From Raillietiella orientalis (lineage: Eukaryota), in NCBI GenBank assembly GCA_036172245.1, contig JAYWIR010000052.1:372001-436000 (forward strand): a DNA stretch of 64,000 nucleotides. Direction: 5' to 3'. Within the stretch, counting starts at the first letter, position 1; every line of letters starts with the position of its first letter. Shown piece by piece: positions 1 to 12,900 of this stretch. A program made the translations under genes and the position numbers. Under the pieces are notes generated by a model. That model saw nothing but the letters and a program-made list of their open reading frames with translations. It made no database searches and was not told the DNA's origin.

Positions 1-32
1 GGGGGAAAAAAGGAAAAGAGAGAGGAAAAAAA

Positions 33-198
33 ACAACAACAACAACAACACCGGTTGTGTGACGAAGCACGTGGGAGCCCTGATAGCACCTGTTTGCCAT
101 GGGGGCGGCAGAGCAGAGATTTCTTCCTCTTTTTTTTTTCCGCGCGGGTGCGTGCGCAACACTTCCGCAGCGGTGCGAACACTCCTTTGGCACGCTCC

Positions 199-229
<31 letters not shown>

Positions 230-512
230 ACACAGACACACATACGCGCGCGCGCGCGCGCAACACACACCCACAGTGCACGAGGGTGAAAGTGTTCCGC
301 GGGAAACCCCTTCGCCACACGTGCGTGCGCGTGCGACTCGACGCGCGCGCTCTCGCATCATTTTATTACTGCTGCCGCTGCTTCCGACGCTTTGCTTTGG
401 GTGGTTGCGAAACCAAAACAAAACGAAAGATCCTTCCGCGTACCTTCCGGATTCTTGGAGTATACACACACACACACACACACACGTGCGTGCGTGCGTG
501 CGTGCGTGCGTG
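33..512. repeat. Simple-repeat cluster: (CAA)n, poly-C, (CA)n, (CG)n, (CGTG)n
   Basis: Directly visible. Similar microsatellites and long A/T and G/C homopolymers recur across the window. Confidence 0.9.
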
Positions 513-1877
513 TAAGACCTTTACGAATCCTGCGGTCGCAAATCTCTCGTGGTGACGTCACGAAGTGAAACGAAAACCGACGGCAAAACAAAAACAAACG
601 GACGGACGAACTCGGACGCTCGCGAGTCTTTCCCATTCCCATGACGTACGATTTCCTTGAACGTTCGTCCGTGGGGTGGGCGAATGAGGGCCGGGAAGGG
701 TGGCACGACGGGCACGCGAGGCGGCGGCCGCCGCCGCCGCCGCCGTCTCCGGGAAGAGAACCGCGTTCCTCCTCCTCGGAGGCCGCGCACCACCGCACGC
801 TTGGCCACTCGACCGCAGGGCGGCCGACGGGTCCTCCGCCCCCTTTGACCCCGCCGACGCGGTCCGGGAACACCTCGGCGGGAAACGCCTCTCCTCGAGT
901 GGTGCTCGGGAAGCCGTGGCGGGGCGGCGGTTTCCGCAGAGGTGGTCGACCGGGACGGGAAAACCACGCTGCGTCCGCTCCCTAAGGAAGGAAGGAAGGA
1001 AGGAAGGAAAGACGAAAACGGGTGGCGGTGGCGGTGGTAAAGGGGCACGCGGGTGGATGGAAGGGCGCGCGCGGTGCTCGCCGGTGTGAAGTTCACAACG
1101 TCACTGACGAGGAGCGGTCGACACACTGACGTGACACACGCACACGTCGTCGTCGTCGTCGTCGTCATGCGGCCGGCCGCCTGCTCCCCTCTTCGAGTGG
1201 GCCCTTTCTAGCGACTGGACCTGCGCAACTTTTTCCTCTTCCCGCAGGCCCCACGGGGAGCGTGGGCCGTGGTTGCGTGCACTGCACGTCCGGACGGTGC
1301 GGGTCGGGAGTCCTTTCCAGGAGCGCCGGGTGCCGTTTCGGCGAGAGGGAGAGAGAGAGAGGAGAGAGAGAAAGGGGGAGGAGAGGGAGGGAGGCGAAAA
1401 CAAAAACAAAACTCGGGCACTGGGGACAGGCCGGGACTTCCTTGCCAGGATCACAACTCGTTTACGAGCACCGCACGTGAAAGCACAAAGCACCACGTCT
1501 TCTTGGAACAACACGGGAGTAAAAATCACTTTTCCTTTTATTCTGCAAAAGTCTTTACACCACCAGGAAAAAAAAAAAAAGAAAAAAATGGAGAGGGGAA
1601 AAAAAAAAATGAAAAAAATGAAAAAAATGAAAAAAACTCTTGCGTATTGAGATCAAAAAATATATAGCTTCGTATTTCAAACTCGTACACGGAATGATCG
1701 CTGACGCAACCACGGATTAGCACAAACTCGGAGGAGGAGGAGGAAGGGGGGGGGGGGGCAGGTTCGGTGACGCAACAATCTCTCTCCACTGCAAGGGGTA
1801 CCAGATCCTGCGGGCACGCGCTGGTCACATCTCGGCTCATCGATACCGGCGAGAAGAACTCCCACATGCTAACCATT

Positions 1878-1883
1878 TTTATT
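1878..1883 (-). terminator. Candidate polyadenylation signal for the GLIS2-like gene (a second AATAAA lies at 1537-1542)
   Basis: AATAAA on the minus strand about 30 nt past the stop at 1914. Confidence 0.5.
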
Positions 1884-1913
1884 GCATCAACCCACAGGAC
1901 GAAAGGTACATTT

Positions 1914-4291
1914 TCAGTGTTCATCCGGGCTAAACCGGCGAATACCTTCTTGCATGGAATCCGTTTGCGTGCCGGCGGCGTGCTGCTCCACGTGCTGCAA
2001 CCGAAACGAGCAGTTGGGGCAACGGATGAGGCAGCAGTTTACTGGGAGGGGGGGGTAGGGGTAGCATAAGTAGGGAGGATATGCGTATAACTGGGAGGAA
2101 TTCAGCCCGTTGTTGTACGAGTGGTAGAACGGTTCCTGACACTCCTCGTCGTCCGGGCAATTGAGTTCGACCTTAATGCAGTTGGCAGGTAACTCGTAGA
2201 GTTCACAAGAAGCGGCCATCGAATCGGAGGCCTGCTGGGAGTCACTCGAATCGTGGTTCACCCACAAGTGTCGGTAGTGTCCCTGTGTCTTGATATGTTT
2301 GCGGAGGGAGCTGGGATCTGTGTAGCTTTTAGTACATTCTGGGGCAAAGCAGCGATACCTGCGGGCACAGTAGTGAGATTTCACGTGGCGCGTGCGTTCG
2401 GCATGCGAGGGGAACGACTGCGAGCAGCCTTCTACTGGACACGTGTACACTATGCCGGTGGTGGTGGACTTGTCTTCGTCCTGGCCCTCCACCTCGCGCT
2501 TCAGCAGCTGGGCCGGGAACGCGCCGTCGTCCCCCGGGATGGACGCCAGGCGGAACTCTTCGGGAGACAGCCATGTGGAACGCAAGTGTCCTTGGTTCTT
2601 GATGTGTTTGCGCAGCGAGCTGGGATCAGTGTATCTTTTGGCGCAACCTGGCGATCGGCAGACGTACGGTCTGTCTGCGAAGTGCGTCTTGATGTGCTTG
2701 TGGCGATCGCTGGAGTTGGCGTACGCCTTGGTGCAGCCTTCCACCGGGCACACGTACGGGCGCTCACCTGGAACACCACTTCAGATAGCTCACGAATGAC
2801 GCAAGAAATGGGCAGATCTGTATCTGCGACTCACCGGTGTGACATCTGGTATGGATGCGCAGGTTCTCCGTTCGCGAGAAGCTCTTGTGGCAGACGCTGC
2901 ACTGGTGTAGCCGTTCCTGGGTGTGGATGCGCATATGCACCAGGAGCTTGTATCTGGAAAAGGGCGCGCGGGGTGCAGGCGCGTATGCACCACCCTGCCG
3001 CGAGCGTTTCCTCACTTGGCAGTAAAGGCCAACCCGGCCTTCGGACAGTCGGCCCACTTGCAACCCTCTTCCGATGTGCTATCGATTAAATGTGTTTCCA
3101 AGTGTTCCTGAAGAGATAGCGACTCGGGCAGCAGCGCTCCGCAGCCCGCCCACCTAAAACGAGAGATGCCCCGATACGTCAGACAAAACAGCCTTACCCA
3201 CGACCTCCCCTTGCCAAGAGCAAAATGAAAAAAACTCCCGCTCCTCATGCGACAACCCAGTTATATATGTGGCGCCCTCCCTCGCTCCCTTTGAATCACG
3301 TGATCCGAACAACTACCTCTCTCCCTGCTTTCTGGAATGGATCCATCTGCAATCATGGGAGGGGATCTCCAGAGGAGCTTTGTGCGAGGGGAAACATTTG
3401 CAGAGGGAAAAACTGGAAGGGTAATGAACCTTTCCCCCGGTTATTGGATGCAAGGAACCAGGGTAGTGTGGCGGGGCGGGCGGCGGCACGGGAGGGGGGC
3501 GGCGGAGGGTAGGGGGAGGGGAGGGGAGGGGAGGGGGGGGGGAGAATTCACAAAATCCACTTTGAAATTACCTGCATTCCCTGATCGTCAGCGGTTCCAA
3601 CTCTTCCGCCTGCGGATCGCCGTCTGCCAGATCGTAGTACGGAATCTAAGGTGGCACCCGGTTACAAATTGCAACACACAGCGGCAAAAAGGCGCGGGGG
3701 ACGCCGAGTTCAATCCCCAGGTCGACCTGCGGGAGGGAGAGGCACGCACGGACTGTCGACGGGGATGCCCTCGCTCGGGGGGGGGGAGGGGAGGGGAGGG
3801 GGATTTCTTTCTACCCCCCCCCCCTCGAGTTTCCTCCTCCTCCCGCAGCTGCAATCGCCGTGCCGGGGGAAGCAAGAGGAAAGGGGGAAGAAAAGAAGGG
3901 AAAAAATGGAAGAAAAAAAAAAAGTGTGCGTGTGGGAGAGGGAGGGAGAAGAGGAAGAAAAAAGGCCAACAGGGTACGTTCAGACAATCCTCACATGTAG
4001 CTGACATCGCGCAAGCACTCACGGGGAGTACGCAGCAGCAGCAGCAGCATATTCCCTGCTCGGATATGCTGTGTCGTTCGCAAAAATGATCACTGTGTAA
4101 TCCGCGGTTTCCATGACCACCACTCTCCACTTACGCTGCCGGAACACACAAAGGGTTGCGGGGGGGGGAGGGAGGGAGGGAGGGAGGTCAGCTCACAACA
4201 ACGGCACCAGCAACAATAACAGTCGTCGTCGTCGTCGTAGTCGTCGTAGCAACAACAACAATAACGCTCAGCAGGCTTTTTCAAAAAAAAA

Positions 4292-4328
<37 letters not shown>

Positions 4329-4582
4329 AGAGAGAGAAAAAACAAATAAACAAACACACATATGAAAAAAAAAAAAAAAAAAGGAAAGAGAGAAAAAAAT
4401 AAAAAAAAATAAAATAAAATAAAAAGAAAAAAGGCAGATACGAACGCGCGCGGCTGAGGGCGGCGGCGGTGGCGGCGGCAGCAGGGGGGGAGGGGGGGAG
4501 GGGCGGCGTGGTGGAATTTCACTGCAATGTCAAAGCAACTTTTCGAATTTCCACTCACCTGTGCAGCGCAATCCTCCTCCAT
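1914..4582 (-). CDS. GLIS2: GLIS2/sugarbabe-family C2H2 zinc-finger transcription factor with 7 fingers. Proposed exons (minus): 4582-4559, 3645-3572, 3153-3016, 2953-2835, 2767-1914 (1209 nt, 402 aa)
   Basis: GT-AG splicing joins these exons in frame: CRWAGC..EHLETH / [20 protein letters not shown] / [21 protein letters not shown] / [30 protein letters not shown] / [29 protein letters not shown]. This matches GLIS2 signatures (CxxC in ZF3, FSRxENLx[19 protein letters not shown]). Introns within the finger region are 62 and 67 nt. The first exon (MEEDCAAQ) and the exact C-terminus (possible donor near 1945) are less certain. Confidence 0.92.
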
Positions 4583-6448
4583 TAACCAGCTGAATTCTAC
4601 CACAGAGTCTCACAAAGGTCCGCCCAGCAGCCGCTCATGTCGTAAACGAACGATCGCAAGTGCTGCCTCCCATAGTTTGACCTATGGGGGCCAGCTATGT
4701 CCCCTCCTAGCCTCCTGCCAAGCTATCATGTAAACTACAATCACCGCGGTATTGATGCTGCAGATGGCATTAGTTTTTTTGCACGGGACCGACGCGCCTA
4801 CCGCGCTTAAATAAGCTTCGTGGAATTACATACGCACAGCCTTCGACACACCGCATTTGATACAACTCTTTCCGACATCCTGCACTTGCAAAACTTGCTG
4901 ATGAACAGCTAATTTAACGGAATATCCGATTTCTCGTAAATGGATGTCGGGGAAAACTCACGGATAAGTTGCCCGTGCTGCTACGTGAAGATTTTATTGC
5001 GCATGTCATCTTCCCGTGAGCAGCACTGGCGTGGGGAATGCCAGATTTTTATTCCTAAGCTGGGTGATTTGCATCGCCAGGAGGATTTGCTTTTTTTCAA
5101 TCCCTGGTTGTTGTTTACAGTGTGTGTATGTGTGTGTGTGTTTTCTTCCCATGTGAGAAGTAGTAAGCAATTTTATCCTTTCTTCCTTACGTGGGGTATC
5201 ACACAACATGTCGAATCCGTCTGATACATGCAAAATGCTGAATGAGTGCATTTTCTTCTTCCTCTTCTTTTTTTTTTGTTTTTTGTTTTTTGTTTTTTTG
5301 CTGCTGCCGTCCCGTTTTGTTGTTCTCTTCGCAGAGTAGGGAAAAAAAAGGAGAAAGAACTGCAGATTAACTCGATCTTCTTTTTCCAAGGAACAACGTA
5401 ATTCGTAAGGCGGCAAGAAGCAAAGGAATGCTGTTTGAACAGCCACCACATTGGCAAGCTGACCAATCGACCGAATGTCTCTCTTTATTGCCTTTGTGGA
5501 GAAATAAAAATCGGACGTACCGATTTTGTGAGGTCGTGTCCCGAACCGAGGGAGAGAGATCCCGAGCCCGGCCACACGAGGAGCCACGACCCGCAAGGGA
5601 TCCCGTGGGCAGCGGCGCTCACACACACGACGGGGGATAGGAGGAGAAAAAGGGGGGAGGGAAGCACCATCCTTCCTCCTCGGGAGTGGACCCGTGTGAC
5701 GTAGGCGCCCGGATACGTGTGCAAAAGACTTTAGTGGGCTCTCCGCAGGAAGCAGCAGGAGCAGCGTCTGCGGGCTGATTTGCAGAGGAAGAAGCAGCAG
5801 CGGACCGTCTCGGGACCAGCTGGAAGACTCACTTCCAAAAACCTTCTTCGGTGACCACTGGAGCAGAGACCTCGTCTCCTCACGCCTCCGGAGTAGCACC
5901 AGCCTTCGTACTCCGGAAAGGCAGTTGGACACGTACGATAATACATAGGCACGCACGGCTGCTTTCTTTTGTACATGTGTCTCTGTGTATACGCGTAAGG
6001 TCTGCGATTTGCTGCGGCGCTCTCCGACTGGACGGGGAAGAAGGGAGGAAAGAAAGAAAAACGGAAGATTCGCCTTCGGTGCGTCTTGACGAACCCGAAC
6101 GGATTGTGCTTGCGTGTGTGTGGTGGTCACGGCTACCCCCCCCAAGAATATGATTTCCCCATCTCCTTCCCCTCGGGAGAAATACACTCGCATATTCAGG
6201 AGCTCGTTCCCGATCGGGGCAGCGTACGGGCAATTAGAGCGAAGGGATGAAGTAGTGGAATAATAGAAGTGTGCCCGTCTAGCTGAGCTTCTAAACTGCT
6301 CTGGTTTTTTTGTTTTTCAATGAACATGCAGTAGGAGGGAAACTAGGAGAATCAACCGCTTAGTGAAACAAGTTGTCCGCGTTGGCGGGAGAGACGTGGA
6401 GACAGAAGTCGCGGGTTCGAATCCCCGCCCGGGAAGGATCCACCTCCC

Positions 6449-6986
6449 GAGAAATAGGTGCGTCGTTGGTCTCGAATTCCTCTCCTCACCTCTCCCCGCA
6501 CGATGACGCCCATTCGGGTGCGGCGGCACTGGTGGAAACCCCCGGATGGCCCCGTTGACCGGCCGCGATTGCAAGCAACCCTCCGGGGTCATCCCAGGGC
6601 ATCAGGAAGCCGGTTCCCTCTCCCTCCGGTTGTGAAAATGAAGTCAGCCTTGAGGTCGCCTCTCCAGAATGTCGAGAAGCGCACTGCCCCCTTCTTGGAG
6701 AGCCCCTCAGGGAAATAGGGAAGCGTCTCTTCGGGATTTCTCTTCGGAGGAGGAGGGAACCAGGAGCGGATCCTTTCCGGGTTCCGTTCAAAGAAAGAAA
6801 TCAGGGGTGACCCCCTCCCTCTGGGTACCCCTTCGGAGAGAAGAAGGAAGCAATTCCTTTCGGAGACAACCAAGGCGAGGGTCATCTCCCTTCCTCCGCA
6901 GCCCTTCCTGGATCCACAGGGTGATCCCCACCCCGGGGTACTCCCTGCAACTTGAAGAGACAAGCGCACCCCTGGGGTGGAGTGGA
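6449..6986 (+). mobile_element. Dispersed repeat, copy 1 (homologous to 44283-44928); probable non-autonomous transposon remnant
   Basis: Colinear blocks shared with 44283-44928: TGCGTCGT, GATGACGC, GGGTGCGGC(GGC)ACTGGT, CGGTTGTGAA, CAGGAGCGGATCC, CGGAGACAACCA, CTTCCTGGAT, GGGTACTCC, CTTGAAGA, CACCCYTGGG..GTGGA. Confidence 0.7.
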
Positions 6987-9900
6987 AGGCGAACGGTCCC
7001 TGAGTACTTGACGAAGCAAATTGGGAACATCTGAACTTCCTCCCTCCCCTCCCCCTTCTTCCCGGTCTTTCCATTACCGAGTCATCCGTCGGCCGCATCA
7101 ACGAACGCTCGAAAGACGCTGCTGGCACTGCCGCATGCTGGTCTTTTTTTCTTCTTCTTCTCGCGGCTCTTCTGGATCCTGTGTGGAAGCTGCGGAACGT
7201 GAAGTTCCGCGAAGACCTTTCGCGCTCTCCGTGCTCGTTGAGGAACGGTGCGCTGTGTGGTGCGTTCGCCCGCCTGTCCGGCAAACCACGGAAAAGGAAA
7301 AGCACAGTTGACCGGGCAGGGGGGGGGGGGGAACGCAACGTGCCTCCGGGAGTTCCCTGCCGAAGCTGCTGTTGGACCGAAGGGTCCAGCGGCACCGCTG
7401 CCCCTGGTGCATCAAGCGGACGGTGGATGTCGGGAAGGGAGAAGGGAGGTGAAAAAGAAGAGTCCTCTCGAAGATGGCAGACAACCGGCGGATGCTGCTG
7501 CTGCGTCCCAGTCGCCGGGTCAGCACAGGAACGCGCCCGGCAGGAGCTGCGAGAGAGCGCAGGCCGGGAACCTCGGTGGTTCTCGCCCGCGCCTGGTTCG
7601 TCGGCTTGCGGGAGTGTCACGTGACGCTCCCTGGTGGCCCGTCCTTCCTCCTCTCCTCACAGATCGACCACGAATTGCCCTCCTTCTCTTCGGCCTCTTC
7701 CCGGTCGATTCAGCCTCTATGCGGTGCCACATGCCCTGTCTTCGACACGCGTCCCAGATCTTCGGTGCCCACGGGCGGTAGGAAGAGGAAACGAAAGAGG
7801 GGGGGGGGGCAACAAAGAAACGTGCTGGTGTGTTCTTCCATCCTGGAAAACGGGAGGAGAGGCTCGTCGCTTCCTGTTTCAATTCCGTCTCTGTTCACCG
7901 GAGTCGAGCAGCGCCTCACCACGTGCATCGGAAGCGGAAGTCGAGTGGCTCCTCGTCCTCGCAGCCTCCTCCCTTTGGCGCCGATGGGGATGGAAAAAAA
8001 AAGGGTCTTGGGCAGCTTCCCGTGCAGCTCCGGGGCCGCCACTGAACGCCGAGGGATCTGCCGGCATTCCGCTAGCGGAATCTTTTCCGCCTGGCACCGA
8101 GAGGCGCAAGCCGCAGCAGCTCCATCTTCCGGAGGTCCGCCGCAACCTCAATCCGAGAAGCGCGGTGTCATACGAGGCGGCGGCGGCGCACCCTCGCCGT
8201 GTGCTTCCTGCCCATCTTCTAGCCTCACCCGAAGTTCCCTCCGGTACGCCCTTTGATTTTCCCCGCGCGCGCCTGACTTACCTGCCGACGTCGAACCCGC
8301 GTTTCCGGTACCAACGGGAGAGCGGACCCTCCTCGATCGATGGTCGCCCGGCCACCGGCCACCGGCGCCCTCCCCCTCCTTTGTCCCGGGAAGACGGAGC
8401 TCCGAACCGGCTGGCCCTTCGTGTCCACGGCAACCTCCCTCCCTGCCCGTTGGCTTTCGCCCTCCCGCGAGACCCGTGTGTTCGCTCCTCCTTTCCCTCC
8501 CCAGCGCCAGTGCGGTCAGCACTCTGCCTTTCCGTTCGCCCTTCTCTTGCCGGCGGGCATCCCAGGGGCCGCTGCCGAGTTTCGCTCAGGAACGCTCGAA
8601 AGGGACGGTTCCTCTCGGGGGGTCTGGCGGCCTAGCGTTTCCGGTCTTTCCTCGAGCTTCCTCTCCTCTCAGGCACCGCCCACCTCTAAGGAGACGGGCT
8701 CGGCGCCGGTGGCGCTCGGATCTCTCCCACAGCCGCGGTCAGCTTGGCGGGTTCCCAGAGTCCTTGCACGCTCGCCCTCTTCCGGCCGGAAGCTCCCTCC
8801 GAGGAAGGCAGGAAGAGCCGCTCCTGCTAGGGGTGCTGGCGAAGGGGAAGTCAAGCGAGAGGGCGGGCGTCCAGGACGGCCGGTTGGCGCGCTGCTGCAG
8901 CTGCTGCTGCTGCTGCAGGCGGGCAATGGGGTTGGGCGTTGCCTCCGCGGCAGCCCCTGCGAAGGTCGCGGGAAAAAAAAAAAGTCGACGCCGTCCCTCC
9001 TTGTTTTCTCCCGGCTCCCGTGCGGGCGCGCGCTGCAGCGACGGACGGCTCCTTCCCCACGGGGGGAGAAATGTCTTCGGTCCCGGCAGAGCCGGGGCGT
9101 GGCCTTTTACACCGCCCGGGGCGACGTTATTGGTTTGCGCCTCCATCTTTCCTTGGCCTCGAAAAAGGAAAACAACGAAAGGAAAAAAGAAAAAAAAAAA
9201 AAAAGAATTCTTGCATTTACTTCACTCTCGCGCAGCGGCGGCGGCATCCCATTTCGAAAGAAGGGAGGAGGCCAGCCGTTTCCTTCCTCTTCCCTTACGT
9301 TGGTCGCGGCGGCAGCTGTCGGACGCATCCCGCCGGTTTTACGCGCTCCTTCATGCCGCTGCTGCCGCCGCCGCTGGGGACGGGGGGAAGGGGGACGATT
9401 GGCATTTTTTTCATAAATTTTGCGCACCCTTTTGGCGATGGTCCCTACGTCCTTACCCTTCTCCCCCCCCCCTCCCCTCCCCCCTGACGCTTCCCGGCTC
9501 CGAGCGGAGTGGCGGCGACGCGAGCTTCGTTGCGATGGTAACCTCAGCGGGCCGGCAGCGCGGACTCTGTCCCGATTGAGCCTTTCTCGGCTCCGATACG
9601 AATCGGTGTGAGTGGGGAGGACCACGAGGTGGGTCGAAGGCGGAGAAGCCGGGAAAGGGAGAGGTGGAAGGTTCTCGAAGCAGCAGAGGGCAGCGCCGCC
9701 GTCGCCGCTCGCTCGCGCGGAACGTGCTCCGGCTAGGGGTCCCCGCCCGGCGAGCCTTCCGGCCATGCCGGACGCTGACGGGGCCCGTGGCGAGACGCCT
9801 TCCCCCCCACCTCCCCTCCCCCTTTCGCGCCTGAAAAATGCCGGAGACGCATCGTCGTCGTCGTTGTCGTCGTTCATCCCCTCGTGCGTGGACCGCAGGC

Positions 9901-12900
9901 GAGCGCGAGGTCGTACGCGCCACACGTCTCCCCCCGATCGCGCTGCTGCTGGTGGAGGACCACGAGTGGACGTCCAGAGAAGAGTGCACAGCGGCGTGAT
10001 GGCAGGAAGCGCAGATGCAGGTGGAGGGTCCAACTCTCCCGAGCAGCAGCAACAGCATCTCCTCCATCGGTCCAGGGAAACCCGCCTGTCCCCTCCCCCC
10101 CCCCCCGTGGGAACACTGCATGATGCTGCCCCCCTCCCCGGACCCTCAGCGGGTGGCCAGCGAGAACTCTCTGCTCCCGCCGCTCTGTACCTGTGCGACG
10201 AAAGGAAGGGGCGCAACTAGGGAGACTGACCTCTCTTCCCCTGAGATCACCGAGTTGGTTGGTCAGTAGGGAGCACCTCGCTATCCCCAGTTTCAGAGCA
10301 GGGAGTCCCCGAGGATGGCTGGAGTCCTCGGGGGGCGAATTCGGAATCCTGTCCTTCCTTCCTTTCGGGCGCCGATGGGTCGCCACCTTGACGGTGCACT
10401 TGCAGTCCGCCACGCCTCGGCGGGGAAGACATCCACAGGATGCCCCCCACCACCACCACTGTGGAACCCTGAAGGCCAGGATTGTTTCACCCCAGGAGAT
10501 TTCAGCGCAGGGAGTCCCTGGGAGTTCCACCGGGAGAGCTTCGAGGTTCCCGTCCTCCCCGGTCGGTGCAGGGGCACGCGAGAGCCGACGGCCTGGGCAC
10601 GACCGGGCCGGCCCCGAGGTCCACAGAGAACTCATGTGCCCTCCGTCCCGCCGGGAGGACGTGGGAAGGCGCCCTCTGACCCAAGGACTTCGGTTCCGAG
10701 AGCAGGGGAGACGTGGGCCACCCACCTCAGACCGTCCGGTCGCGGCCCTCTTGCCTTCTTCCCGGCGAGAGGCCTGTCCGCCTGCACCTCCGACGGCCCC
10801 TTGACTCACCGGAGGACTGACCCAGCACTCCGTGCCTCTCCCGCTCAGGGTAGGTCGTCCTCTCCTTTCGGGGGTCGCTCCTTCCCAGATGGCGCCGAAG
10901 ACGGGACGCTGGCAGCCCCCCTCCTTCCGCGGGGGTCGCGCGCTCCCGCCCGACGCGCGCCAGGCGGCGAGGAAACCCGCTGGAGACGGACATGACGTCA
11001 TAGAGGAGACCCGCGCTCGAAGACCGCCGACGCGCTGGCGTGGATTCCTTCGCCCTGCGCTCCCTGGTCCCCAGGGCACTCGTGGGCGGAGCCACGAAAC
11101 TGCGTCTCTCGTGCGCGCGGGGAGGATGGTGGGAGGTGTGGAAGAGAAGGGCGAGGGGGAGGAGAGGAGGGGCTCACCTCGGCACGCCCCTCCCTTCCCC
11201 CCCCCCTCCCGTCTCCGTAGTGTCCACCTCCAGGGAGCCGAGTCGCGGCCTCCACCTTTCACTTAACCCTCCCCCTGCATAGCATCCGCCGCAGGGGATC
11301 GGATGGCAGAGACCCGTTGCTCCCGGCGATGGTTGCTCGAATGCCGCTGCGGCCGCCCTCGAGAAGAGGAGGGAGGAGGAAGGCAGTCGCTGCCGCTGCC
11401 TCCCCCCCTTCCGCGGCGCGACTTCCTCTCTCCCTCCCCCGCAGCACAGCTCATCTCCCAATGGAATCGGGGGCGGGGAGGGGAGAGGGTGGCGCCCCCC
11501 CCCCCTCCCCTCTCGATTGGTTCCTTTCGGGACGCACCTCGTCCTCGCCGTCCCTGAGAATGCGGGACGGCTGGGGGACGCGGTTGGACCGCGTCCCCCC
11601 AGCGTGGAGGGGAGCGACGGTTGCCGGGGCAACCTACCCTTCCGGCGCGAGGTTGGCTTCGCCCTTGGTGCTCTCTCTCTCGCGCGCGCGCCTTTGGCTA
11701 CGTGTTCCGCCCTTCCCGGACGGCGCTCCCGAGGGGCCGGAAGGGGAGCTCTCCCGCCCGCCCTTCCTTCCCCCCGTCCGGCGGCTCCCACCCGAGCGCG
11801 CCGAATTTTCTCTCCTGGTCCCCGCCGGTAACTCTGATCCCGAGGATCGGTCCTCGCGGCGGGAAAAGAGGATGCGTCCCTCCCCTCCCGCTGGCAGCCT
11901 CATGCTGTCCAGTGGGGAGGACAACTCCGAAGGGAGCGGCGGCGCTCGGGGGGCCGGTCCACCCTCCTTTTCCCTGGTAGACGGTGGCGTGAAGAACCTT
12001 CTGGGAGAATGCATCATCCCTCCCCGGGGTCCCCGCTGCTCCGGAATCGGACGGTCAAAACGTCCGGAGGGAGAGGGCAGGGGGGGGTCGCACCCTGTCG
12101 AGCGCGCGGTTGCAGAAGGGGTCGACGGGCGCACGCGCTGAGGCCCGCGGAGCATCCCGTCCGAACATCGCCCCTCTCTTACCCTCCGCTCCGTCCATCC
12201 TTTGGGGTGCGTCCGTCCGCTTCGCAGAACCGGCCCGCTCCGAGGTGACGTCATCTCGGGAAGGCGGCCTCACGCGTCTCCGCTTCCTGCCTGCAGTGCA
12301 GAGGGTGCTGGGAGGGCCCCCTGAGCTTCCGGGGAGAGGCGGACGCTCCCCTCCGGAGGAGAGCCCGGAGCGTTGCCGGATGTTGCGTCGAAGACGCCGC
12401 CCCTGGAGGTGTGGTGGTCAGGTGCGATCCGAAGGAGTGTCCGGGGGGGGGGGAGGGGAACGGCGAGGCGCTCCGGAGAGACCCCTGGTGGTTCCGCGCG
12501 CGCGTCCCAAGGGGCTGCCGGCTGGCTCTCCGAGTTAGACGCCGGAGAGGTGAGTCCTCCCTTATGCCTGCTCCTTCCCGCCGCGCGGGCGGCGGAGGAA
12601 CCAAACTGACACGGAAGTGGGGGGGGAACGGAGCTGTGGAACACGGATCCGGGACGAAGGGGCGTGTTGCCAGGCGACGGTGAGCATGGGGGTCTACACG
12701 CCGTTCACAATGATCACTTGGCGAAAGGGGCGCTCGCGCGTGCGCACAGCCGGGGGGGTGTCACCTCGAAGGCTCTTCTCTTCGAGGTTTTCGCGGCCGG
12801 ACGGTGCGGGCAGTGTGTAACCCAAAGTTCCCGGGTCTTCCTCCGGGGCGTGTCTCTTCCTGTCCGCTCTTTGACGCACTTCCGAACGTCACGCGGGCAG

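Noticed and set aside
6408..6431. tRNA T-arm/B-box motif GGTTCGAATCC
   Set aside because: There is no acceptor stem, D-arm or anticodon arm, so it is not a tRNA gene.
6499..6590. Hammerhead-ribozyme-like layout in the repeat (GATGA-CGCC..GGTG-GAAAC-CCCCGG..CCGGGGTC)
   Set aside because: The CUGA core is missing in all three copies (ACGATGA, AAGATGA, AGGGTGA), stem I cannot form, and the other copies lose GAAA or stem III. An Infernal search on a family consensus would settle it.
9945..10020. LLLVEDHEWTSREE, faintly like an ETS helix1/strand1 segment
   Set aside because: Too short, with no downstream FK or KNxxxMNY motif.
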